A stretch of DNA of 26,745 bases, from IMG/VR virus record IMGVR_UViG_3300030376_006298, positions 1 through 26,745 of that record; one strand, 5' to 3'. This DNA comes from a virus. Lineage: Duplodnaviria; Caudoviricetes. This document shows, one piece after another, positions 1 to 7,328 of this stretch. How positions within the stretch are numbered: the stretch's first letter is position 1; each line of letters begins with the position of its first letter. Made by a program: the position numbers and the translations under genes. The notes under the pieces were generated by a model, which was given only the letters and a program-made list of their open reading frames with translations, did no database searches and had not been told where the DNA came from.

Positions 1-90
1 ATTGTAGAAATCGAAGAACATTTGGATAAGCAACAAAAAGGTTTTGAAAGTCACTTCTTTCCTACGCTAAGATATTCCTTAAAGAAGTGA
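1..90 (+). CDS. 3' end of an upstream gene, hypothetical (…IVEIEEHLDKQQKGFESHFFPTLRYSLKK*)
   Basis: Frame 1 is open from the window edge to TGA at 88-90, 4 nt before the next ATG. It shows no PolB motif B-like sequence. Confidence 0.6.
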   Translation: MVEIEEHLDKQQKGFESHFFPTLRYSLKK

Positions 91-94
91 TAAC

Positions 95-976
95 ATGAAG
101 GTAGTTTACGGACATACAGATTCAATCTATGTGCAAATAGATTCTGTTGAAAAAGCAGAAGAAGCAATTAAAGAGATTGAGTCTAGTGTAAGAAAGCATT
201 TTCCTAATGTCATGGGATTGAAACAACACCCTGTTGTATTAGAGTTTGAGAAATACTATTCAGCATTAGGTGTTGGTACAACTAAGAATAGAAATGCAGG
301 TATGATTACATGGAAAGACGGTGAGTGGTTAGACGAGCCGGAATTTGTAATGACAGGCTTTACTGCTAAGAGAGTTAGTGAAACCAAACTTGCTAAGGGA
401 GTTCAAACAGATGTATTGACTATGTGGGTAAACGAAAAACCTATGACAGAAATCAACAATTATCTACATGATAAATACAATGCTGTGATAAACGGGAATA
501 TTCCTATTGATAATATTATCAAAAGAAGTAGGCTTAGAGAAGATAGATTTACTGTAAAGTGTAGAGGTTGCGGTAAGAAGCACGATTTACACGGTTGTCT
601 TTCTATAAGATGGTGTTTAAAATGTGGAGAAGATACTGCTAAGTTTACTACATTAGAAGGTAGAAGACCCTCGATAGGTTCGGGTATTGCAGGAGTTGTT
701 TATGCTAAACAGAATGGCATTAACTTCGATGATTCTTACCTGTATCTAAAAGTAAGGTCTAATGAAACATACACTAACCCACTTACTAAGGAAGTAAGAA
801 CTGTAGAGTATGTCTCAGGTTCACGCTATGTTGATTTTGATAAGTATAAACCCGACTATCAACACTATGCAGACCAAGTAATAAAGAAGGCAGAACCAAT
901 TTATAAGGCTATGAATTGGGATTTGTCCAACATTAAAACGGGTAAAATACAAACTAAATTGGAGGAATGGTTTTGA
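95..976 (+). CDS. polB: Family B DNA polymerase, C-terminal part (palm motif C plus thumb) of a split enzyme
   Basis: Starts MKVVYGHTDSIYV (motif C, YGDTDS-like). It also has LEFEKYY, KNRNAG (KKRY-like), a thumb end 'YQHYADQVIKKAEPIY', a CxxC-x14-CxxC insert and a C-terminal PIP box QTKLEEWF. There is an in-frame TAA at 80-82 upstream. Confidence 0.9.
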   Translation: MKVVYGHTDSIYVQIDSVEKAEEAIKEIESSVRKHFPNVMGLKQHPVVLEFEKYYSALGVGTTKNRNAGMITWKDGEWLDEPEFVMTGFTAKRVSETKLAKGVQTDVLTMWVNEKPMTEINNYLHDKYNAVINGNIPIDNIIKRSRLREDRFTVKCRGCGKKHDLHGCLSIRWCLKCGEDTAKFTTLEGRRPSIGSGIAGVVYAKQNGINFDDSYLYLKVRSNETYTNPLTKEVRTVEYVSGSRYVDFDKYKPDYQHYADQVIKKAEPIYKAMNWDLSNIKTGKIQTKLEEWF

Positions 977-1230
977 AATTTGACAGATACGAATGGTTTG
1001 ACAATCCTAACAAGGATAAAATACAAAAAAGAGTTAAAAAAAGGCAAGAGAAAGCCTATCGTAGAAAAAAGAATCATTTGGACTCAATGAATTGGGAACT
1101 TTCCGATTTTTATGTAGATGTTCTTGCCGGTGATAGATTATCAAAAACAAAACGAAAAAAGATAATAAATCTAAAACAAAACATAGATGATGTAAAAGAA
1201 AAAATACTATCATTGAGAGGTGGAAAATAA
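967..1230 (+). CDS. Small basic hypothetical protein (87 aa)
   Basis: GGAGG lies just upstream. The ORF overlaps the polB end and shares TAATG with the next gene. Confidence 0.7.
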   Translation: MVLKFDRYEWFDNPNKDKIQKRVKKRQEKAYRRKKNHLDSMNWELSDFYVDVLAGDRLSKTKRKKIINLKQNIDDVKEKILSLRGGK

Positions 1231-2135
1231 TGAATAACGATGAAAAATATGATATAATAATAAAAAGCATGAGTGAATATACTTACAAATGGCAACCGGA
1301 TAATTACGATGACCCTACACAACCTATATTGAAGATTACTAAATCTTCTTTAGGTTCGTTTGATTGGTGTCCTAAGAAATATAACTTTAGTTATGTTCAA
1401 CGACTACCACAAGACCAAACAGAAGCCATGCGTAAAGGAACTATATTGCATGTTCATAGAGAAAACTTCTTTGATGATTTTGATATTAAGAAAGCAGAAC
1501 AAATGTCAGCAGATGAAGTACATGACTATTGTGCTAGTCTAACACCTATTGATGAATATTTTGATATATCTATGACAGTTGCCGCATTTGAGGCAGAACG
1601 CTTCTTAGAAGCAAAGGCTGAAGATAAAGTAGATGAGTATTTGCCTGTATGTAATGAAGGTTTATTTGATGCTGAGATAACAATAGAAGCAAACATCAAT
1701 CCTAAGTTTCCCTTGCGTAGAGATTACAAGATACACATTCAAGGTATCATAGATAGAATCTTTATGGAGAACGGCGGCTATGTTCCTTTTGAATATAAAA
1801 CAGGAGCATGGAAAGACTACAAAGCAACTATGATGAGAAAGGAAATGGCTTTCTATCAATTACTTATTGAGAATGCAGAAGATGAAGTCCTAATTAAAAA
1901 TGGACTAGAGCCTAATGTTCCTGTAACACATTGGGGTTGGTATTACCCTGCTTCTAATTATGTATTTGCTGAAGAAGTGAAGGCTAGGAATCTAAAGTCA
2001 GTTTATAAGAACATAGCCAAGTTAATTTGGCACTATGAGAATGAAACATATCCAACTAAGTTTTTCTTTAAGACCTGTTCTCATTGTAGTTACTTTAGTT
2101 TGTGTGATGCGGCTGAAGAGGATTCGTGGGTGTGA
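1230..2135 (+). CDS. Cas4/AddB-like PD-(D/E)XK nuclease with 4-Cys Fe-S cluster
   Basis: N-terminal SSLGSFDWCPKKY, motif II GIIDRI, motif III EYKTG, a QxxxY-like EMAFY, and C-terminal CSHCSYFSLC. Confidence 0.85.
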   Translation: MNNDEKYDIIIKSMSEYTYKWQPDNYDDPTQPILKITKSSLGSFDWCPKKYNFSYVQRLPQDQTEAMRKGTILHVHRENFFDDFDIKKAEQMSADEVHDYCASLTPIDEYFDISMTVAAFEAERFLEAKAEDKVDEYLPVCNEGLFDAEITIEANINPKFPLRRDYKIHIQGIIDRIFMENGGYVPFEYKTGAWKDYKATMMRKEMAFYQLLIENAEDEVLIKNGLEPNVPVTHWGWYYPASNYVFAEEVKARNLKSVYKNIAKLIWHYENETYPTKFFFKTCSHCSYFSLCDAAEEDSWV

Positions 2136-2139
2136 TATT

Positions 2140-2379
2140 ATGAATTATAAATTTAATAATGGAGATATAGAAGTAAAGTTTGCTAGGTCGCCTAATGGCC
2201 AAAGGTATGCTAGAATAGATTTGAATGCTAAAGATGTAACTAAAACTACACCTTTATTCGATGAAGTTAGTGATTGGGTTAAAACTCAAAGAATAGAAGG
2301 TAAGGAATGCGAACACACTATTCTACTTAACAAAAACTACGCTCCTTACATTATAGTTTTTAAGAAGGTGAAGATATGA
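2140..2379 (+). CDS. Hypothetical protein (79 aa; start moved from 2035 to ATG 2140)
   Basis: GGGTGTGA RBS-like sequence precedes ATG 2140. The stop overlaps the next gene (ATGA). Confidence 0.65.
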   Translation: MNYKFNNGDIEVKFARSPNGQRYARIDLNAKDVTKTTPLFDEVSDWVKTQRIEGKECEHTILLNKNYAPYIIVFKKVKI

Positions 2380-2759
2380 AAACAGTAGATTATATTTCTG
2401 AAATAATATACCGAAAGGTATTACAGAAAGATTGGACATTTAATGAAATATCTAATCTAAAAGAAACAATAGAAAATCTCTCTAGTGATATTTATAAAGA
2501 GATTAAACTAATAGAAAGATTCGATTTAATTAGAGAAATTAGAATCAAAGAAACCTTTGTTGGTCATGTCTTTGAAGATGCTATTAGAGAAACTGTGATG
2601 ACTTCTCTAAGAGCAGAAATAGCAGACACAATGAGAAATATGTTAAATAACGCAACAGTTAATTTTGGTGGTAATAAAAATGAAGTTTCCGAGAGAAGTG
2701 TGGTCGGGGAGTCAAATGAAGAACGCTCCTCCACTACCGAGAAGAATAGTAAGAAGTAA
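2376..2759 (+). CDS. Hypothetical alpha-helical protein
   Basis: AAGGTGA RBS and an ATGA overlap with the previous gene. The 3' end overlaps the primase gene by 80 nt. Confidence 0.7.
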   Translation: MKTVDYISEIIYRKVLQKDWTFNEISNLKETIENLSSDIYKEIKLIERFDLIREIRIKETFVGHVFEDAIRETVMTSLRAEIADTMRNMLNNATVNFGGNKNEVSERSVVGESNEERSSTTEKNSKK

Positions 2760-3729
2760 AGAAGAATACTTGAGTTATGTCAAGGCACAGAATAATAGGA
2801 CTAATGTTTACACTAGTGTTTATGACTTTGCCGAGTTTGCAGAAAAGGCCAAGATAGATTCATCAGTTATACTTGATAGAATCTTTCTTGACTTTGATGC
2901 TCATGGTGAAAGTATCGAGAAAGCATGGAGAGATGTCAATGTTGTTATGACTTATGTTATTGAGAATGATTATCAATATACTCTTTTCTTTTCCGGTAGG
3001 GGCTTTCACTTGTTTGTTTTTGGTGAGGTTACAGACACAATTAGAAACATACAGGTTTTCTTTAGAGAGATTAAGACATACTTAGTAAATAGAGTTGGTA
3101 GTGATATAACCCTTGATGATAGGGTCGGTCAAGCAACAAGACTTAGAAGAATACCTAATACAGTAAACATGAGTTCTAGGGATGAGAATGGTAATCCATA
3201 CTTTTGCATACCTTTACTTCAAACTGATTTAGATAAACCAATTGATGAGATACTTAAGTTAGCCAAGAAACCTCGAAGCATACCATTTAGAAAAAGCGGG
3301 AATGTAAAAGTAGTGTTTCCCGAAGCACCACCTATGCAAGCAGTAAGCGGTGAAATTTCTGTTCCTAAAACAACAGGAACTTTGCCAATGCTACCATGTT
3401 TACACAATGCTATCATGACCGAGAATCCTTCTCACATGGCTAGGGCATACTTAGTCTCATGGTATAGGGATTTATTATCCGGCTGTGCTAATGTAGAAAG
3501 TGACGCTGATAAACAGAAAATACTTGAGGCTATCATAGATGAAATAAGAACCTTAGTTGAAACAAACGAAGAGATATGGTTAGATTGGGATGAAAGAGAG
3601 ACTAGAAAACACGCAAAGTTTACTGTTTATGGAAACTACAGTAGTCCACATTGTACGACTGTATTAATTCCTAACGGGTATTGTGTTGGTAAGTGTTGGA
3701 GATACCCCGAACATGCGGAGGAAGCATAA
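2680..3729 (+). CDS. Archaeo-eukaryotic primase: PriS catalytic domain fused to a PriL-like Fe-S C-terminal domain
   Basis: AEP motifs IFLDFD, FSGRGFH and DDRVGQATRLRRIPNTVN. The C-terminus LPC…HMAR…YSSPHC…GYCVGKC matches the PriL CTD pattern. GGTGG RBS precedes ATG 2680. Confidence 0.88.
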   Translation: MKFPREVWSGSQMKNAPPLPRRIVRSKEEYLSYVKAQNNRTNVYTSVYDFAEFAEKAKIDSSVILDRIFLDFDAHGESIEKAWRDVNVVMTYVIENDYQYTLFFSGRGFHLFVFGEVTDTIRNIQVFFREIKTYLVNRVGSDITLDDRVGQATRLRRIPNTVNMSSRDENGNPYFCIPLLQTDLDKPIDEILKLAKKPRSIPFRKSGNVKVVFPEAPPMQAVSGEISVPKTTGTLPMLPCLHNAIMTENPSHMARAYLVSWYRDLLSGCANVESDADKQKILEAIIDEIRTLVETNEEIWLDWDERETRKHAKFTVYGNYSSPHCTTVLIPNGYCVGKCWRYPEHAEEA

Positions 3730-4439
3730 TGTTAGTAATAGATAGTAGAGAAAAGAAAGGTTCTAAATTAGTAGAACTAGTAGAGAGTGAAGCATTAAAG
3801 ATGAAGATACCTTATGAAAAGAAGTGGATAGAGATAGGTGATTATGTTTACGATGATGTATGTTTTGAGGCTAAATCAGCACATGATTTTCTTAGTTCAG
3901 TAATGAGCAAAAGAATGTGGACTCAATTAGATAACATGGATAGACACTACCAAACTAATGTTGTTATTATTTATGGCAGTATAGATGAAGGCGTAAACCA
4001 ATATAAAAAATATATTAGAACTGATAAAACATTTACTAATGCACAACACGCTAATTGGTCTAATAAACTTAGAAATAAATTTCTTGGGGCTATTGGTAGA
4101 ATAACACTAGATACGGATGCTAAGGCATTTTGGGTAACTAGTGAAAAAGAAGCGGCTTTGATAATTGCTTCTATATGCAAAATGAAACCCATTAAGCGAG
4201 AAGTTATCAAGCCGGAGATATTTAAAAGAATATCAACAGATGATTTGAGGATAGACACCCTCATAACTATAAAGGGCTTATCAGTAGACAAGGCGAATGC
4301 GCTGATAAAGCACTATGGTTCGATTATGGAAATAGGCGAACAAACAGAAAAAGAACTTCAAGAGATGGATGGTATAGGAAAAACCCTAGCCCGAAGAATC
4401 TTGAATGTATTGCATTCCGAAGAAAAGGTGAAAATATGA
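3729..4439 (+). CDS. ERCC4/XPF-family structure-specific endonuclease with C-terminal HhH motifs
   Basis: LVIDSRE, IGDY, FEAKSAHDFLSS, and HhH motifs IKGLSVDKA and MDGIGKTLA. GGAGG RBS and a TAATG overlap at 3727-3731. Confidence 0.9.
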   Translation: MLVIDSREKKGSKLVELVESEALKMKIPYEKKWIEIGDYVYDDVCFEAKSAHDFLSSVMSKRMWTQLDNMDRHYQTNVVIIYGSIDEGVNQYKKYIRTDKTFTNAQHANWSNKLRNKFLGAIGRITLDTDAKAFWVTSEKEAALIIASICKMKPIKREVIKPEIFKRISTDDLRIDTLITIKGLSVDKANALIKHYGSIMEIGEQTEKELQEMDGIGKTLARRILNVLHSEEKVKI

Positions 4440-5998
4440 ATGAAGATAATGATAATTATGAGACAGAACAGCAAAGAGAATATGCGGAGATAATAGAAGA
4501 AGCATCAGTAAACATGACTAGCGAATTGCCTAGATTAGTTGCTGAATTTCAAAAAGATGCTATCGCAGTTTCTTTCAAGAATGACATACCTGCGGCACTA
4601 AGTTGCTTTGTAATATTAGGACAGATTTGTAAAGACTTTATACAAATACCAAACGGTAGAAGCACAGAAGATAGCAGGGTACATTTTTGCCAAATACAAA
4701 CTTCCGGTTCGGGTAAATCAACTCTATGGAATTTCGTAGAACCAGTTTCCGAAAAATTGTTTACTATGATAAACGAAAGTGGGCTTCATGTAAATAACAA
4801 ATTTATAAACTCCAAAGGAGAAGAAGTTACTGGCGAAGATGGAGAGTTTCTTTCCAAAAAGAAATTTGATATTATGTCAGCCACAGAATACACTGATGCG
4901 GCACTTGTTGGTGGCTTTGAAGAGAAACTAATAGAAAAGCCCGTATTAGATAATGAAAATAATCCGGTACAAGATGATAACGGTCATCAAAGAATGAAGA
5001 AAGAACTAAGCATGGTAAGACAAGCAGGTTTGTTAGAAGGAAGCGGATTAGCACATTGGGATGAGTTTGAATATTCCGGTGTGTTTAAACAAAGCCAAAA
5101 CAAAGAACAGGCCATCGTCTATCTAAATACCTTAATGAATACACTAGCAGGTTCTTCTTGGGTAATTAAGAAAAAACTAAAACAAGGAGATATGATGAAA
5201 TGTTATTGCGAAAGGTCAATATTAGCCATGACATATCCACCGGAAAAGTTAGCAAAGGTTATCGCTAACAAAGGTGTCTTACAAAGAATGATTCTATTTA
5301 TTTGGGATGTTCCCGAACATACTCTACACCAAATGAGAAAGGAGCAAATAAACCAAGCAGGTAAAATTGATGATGCTAAACAACCAGTTGATGTTCACGC
5401 AGAAAGACTGTTTAAGGTCTATCAAGCAGTTAAAGATAGATTCCATGAAGTTGATAAAAACCCATTGAACACTATGGTCTACACTCCGGACTTCAATGAT
5501 AGGCTTAGTTACGAATACGAGGTCATGCGTAAATTCATTAGCGACACACATCCCGAAGTTAGGAAGATTGTATCTACCTTTCAAACTAGATTGCTCAAGA
5601 TACTAATTAAAATGGCCGTCTTGTGTTCTGTTTCCGAAGCCCTTAGTATTAAGGATAAATCTAAAAGGTTTAGGGTTACGAGCAAGAATGTTGAAGCGGC
5701 AGGTGTTATCGTGCAACAATGTTATAAAACATTGGTAGCATGGTTAGAGCAAAGCCTAAAGCGCACTAGGAGGAAAAAGGTCACGGAAAAGGATTCAGTA
5801 TTCTTCAAAGCGGTCAAAGAAGTAAAGAAAGACGAAGATGGATTCTTTGCTAAAAATGACTTAATGAAGAAACTAGAAGAAGCCGGTGTCACTTATTCCA
5901 CTAGATATAGAATGTTTGCAGACTATGAAGACGATAAATTCAACAAAAGAAAAACAGGAAGAACCGTTTACTTGAAATTAAAGGAGGAAAAGAAATGA
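4436..5998 (+). CDS. MCM-like AAA+ ATPase, putative replicative helicase, with a probable C-terminal winged helix
   Basis: Walker A TSGSGKST. QAGLLEGSGLAHWDEFE resembles the MCM GALVLAD…IDEFD region. VLQRM is arginine-finger-like and QTRLL is sensor-2-like. Confidence 0.72.
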   Translation: MNEDNDNYETEQQREYAEIIEEASVNMTSELPRLVAEFQKDAIAVSFKNDIPAALSCFVILGQICKDFIQIPNGRSTEDSRVHFCQIQTSGSGKSTLWNFVEPVSEKLFTMINESGLHVNNKFINSKGEEVTGEDGEFLSKKKFDIMSATEYTDAALVGGFEEKLIEKPVLDNENNPVQDDNGHQRMKKELSMVRQAGLLEGSGLAHWDEFEYSGVFKQSQNKEQAIVYLNTLMNTLAGSSWVIKKKLKQGDMMKCYCERSILAMTYPPEKLAKVIANKGVLQRMILFIWDVPEHTLHQMRKEQINQAGKIDDAKQPVDVHAERLFKVYQAVKDRFHEVDKNPLNTMVYTPDFNDRLSYEYEVMRKFISDTHPEVRKIVSTFQTRLLKILIKMAVLCSVSEALSIKDKSKRFRVTSKNVEAAGVIVQQCYKTLVAWLEQSLKRTRRKKVTEKDSVFFKAVKEVKKDEDGFFAKNDLMKKLEEAGVTYSTRYRMFADYEDDKFNKRKTGRTVYLKLKEEKK

Positions 5999-6216
5999 AA
6001 TACGAAAATACATATGTTGTTTTTGATGTGACAAAGGGGCCAAAAGTAATAATAGAAACATTAGATACTTATGGTGATGAAGGTTGGGAATGTTGTTCCA
6101 TGCTAAGTATTGCAGGAACTAACATCGTTGCTTTCTTGAAAAGAAGAATTGGCGCAGACGAACCAACAGTAGATGAAGAAAGTGAGAAGATTAGCAAACT
6201 TTGGTCTAGTGATTAA
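5995..6216 (+). CDS. DUF4177-like small protein
   Basis: LDTYGDEGWECCS…AFLKR pattern, with AAGGAGG RBS. Confidence 0.65.
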   Translation: MKYENTYVVFDVTKGPKVIIETLDTYGDEGWECCSMLSIAGTNIVAFLKRRIGADEPTVDEESEKISKLWSSD

Positions 6217-6218
6217 GC

Positions 6219-6812
6219 ATGTCAGTTTTAGCGTTAGATATTGAAACAAAAAATATGTCGCATGAAATAGGCGGCTTTGGTAATACCCATATGTTTCAAG
6301 TTTCTACCGTCGCTACTTGGGATGGAAATACAGGAACAGTTTATGTTGACGAACCTGTAGATTCATTTGCTAAGTCCGGTCATGTTGTTAAAAGTCTAGG
6401 CGAATTGAAGTATGATTTAGACGACCACCTATCTAAGGGTGGAAAGGTTTTAGGCCACAATATAGCGGTCTTTGACCTTCCCATCCTTAGAGACTCTATG
6501 GATATATATTGTATTCATAAGTACATAGGTGATAAGAATTATATTGATACTAGTAAGATATTGTTGAAAGAACACGGAGAAAGATTCCAACTTAAGAATC
6601 TTGTAAAGTGTACTATGGATGACTCTAAACTTATGGATAGTGCAGATGCACCGAAGTTATGGAAGATGGGTCAATATGATGAAGTAGTTGAGTATTGTAT
6701 GAAAGATACCCAATTAGTTTATGACCTTTGGCAGTATGGGAAAGAACATGGGATTGTGAAAGCCTTCTCAATAGAGAAAGAAGAATTTGTAGATTTGGAG
6801 GTGAATTGGTAA
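6219..6812 (+). CDS. DEDD (DnaQ/RNase_H_2-like) 3'-5' exonuclease
   Basis: ExoI ALDIET, ExoII GHNIAVFD and ExoIII YCMKD. Confidence 0.85.
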   Translation: MSVLALDIETKNMSHEIGGFGNTHMFQVSTVATWDGNTGTVYVDEPVDSFAKSGHVVKSLGELKYDLDDHLSKGGKVLGHNIAVFDLPILRDSMDIYCIHKYIGDKNYIDTSKILLKEHGERFQLKNLVKCTMDDSKLMDSADAPKLWKMGQYDEVVEYCMKDTQLVYDLWQYGKEHGIVKAFSIEKEEFVDLEVNW

Positions 6813-6961
6813 TGAGTACAGCAGAATGGTTTGGTCTGTTTATCTTTATGGTCATTCTAACACTATTGTTTTTTGCCGCATTCGGTGGCACTAATATAAC
6901 AGAACAAAGTGTGGATGATTATATTAAAAGATTGATGGGTCAAACGGAAGAAAAGAAATGA
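6812..6961 (+). CDS. Small single-TM membrane protein (49 aa, MSTAEWFGLFIF…)
   Basis: GGAGGTGA RBS, TAATG overlap, and a hydrophobic stretch of about 20 aa. Confidence 0.7.
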   Translation: MSTAEWFGLFIFMVILTLLFFAAFGGTNITEQSVDDYIKRLMGQTEEKK

Positions 6962-7104
6962 GTTTAAAGCAGATTTGTCAATACTGTGGCGAGAAAACTA
7001 TTGCTAAAAGAATCTTAGGATTCTATGTTGGTTCTAGTGAACAAGTTAAGTTATGGGAATGCCGTGAATGTCATAGCATTTGGTCAAATAAAACGAAAAA
7101 ATGA
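6958..7104 (+). CDS. Small zinc-ribbon protein, TFS/TFIIS-C-like (48 aa; not in the ORF track)
   Basis: MSLKQICQYCGEKTIAKRILGFYVGSSEQVKLWECRECHSIWSNKTKK, a CxxC-x24-CxxC-x3-W pattern. It has an ATGA overlap with the upstream gene and ends at the terminator. Confidence 0.75.
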   Translation: MSLKQICQYCGEKTIAKRILGFYVGSSEQVKLWECRECHSIWSNKTKK

Positions 7105-7156
7105 AAGAGGAGGTGGCTTCGGCCATCTCTTCTTATTTTTTTTTCAATTTTTTTTT
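7105..7156 (+). terminator. Hairpin plus T-tract terminator, possibly bidirectional, between the convergent modules
   Basis: AAGAGGAGGTGGC-TTCG-GCCATCTCTTCTT stem with a cUUCGg loop, followed by two T9 runs. The upstream side is A-rich. Confidence 0.8.
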
Positions 7157-7202
7157 CAAAAGTTTTCTAAAAAATCTCGAAAACTTTCTGAATAGGCGAA
7201 AG

Positions 7203-7328
7203 TTATTCGTCGTTTGAATTTAAAATAATAAAACCTAATGGTTTATCTTGAACGAATAAGGCACTAACGGTTAAATAACCAATAGCGAAACTAAGCAAGA
7301 AGTACGCCAAATACTCAATCAATGTCAT
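7203..7328 (-). CDS. Small hydrophobic/membrane protein (41 aa, MTLIEYLAYFLLSFAIGYLTVSALFV…; not in the ORF track)
   Basis: Open frame overlapping the methyltransferase stop, with one TM-like segment. An alternative TTG start lies at 7322. Confidence 0.55.
   Translation of the reverse strand: MTLIEYLAYFLLSFAIGYLTVSALFVQDKPLGFIILNSNDE

Noticed and set aside
95-130. Intein or pseudogene explanation for the truncated polB
   Set aside because: There is no His-Asn/Cys-Ser-Thr splice junction. The ORF is intact with an RBS-like site and a PIP box. A pseudogene cannot be fully excluded without the upstream sequence.
1230-2135. CRISPR-Cas locus suggested by the Cas4-like gene
   Set aside because: No repeat-spacer array or other cas genes are visible in the window.
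2035-6811. Longer starts given in the ORF track (2035, 2665, 3693, 6728; likewise 8684, 22977, 26614)
   Set aside because: Downstream starts have clear RBS motifs or stop-start overlaps and mostly avoid longer overlaps with the preceding gene.
1034-6891. Minus-strand and alternate-frame ORFs within the replication module (e.g. 1034-1270, 1110-1322, 1360-1542, 3219-3416, 3971-4291, 5324-5584, 6631-6891)
   Set aside because: They lie within well-supported genes and show no recognisable motifs. They are shadow ORFs.
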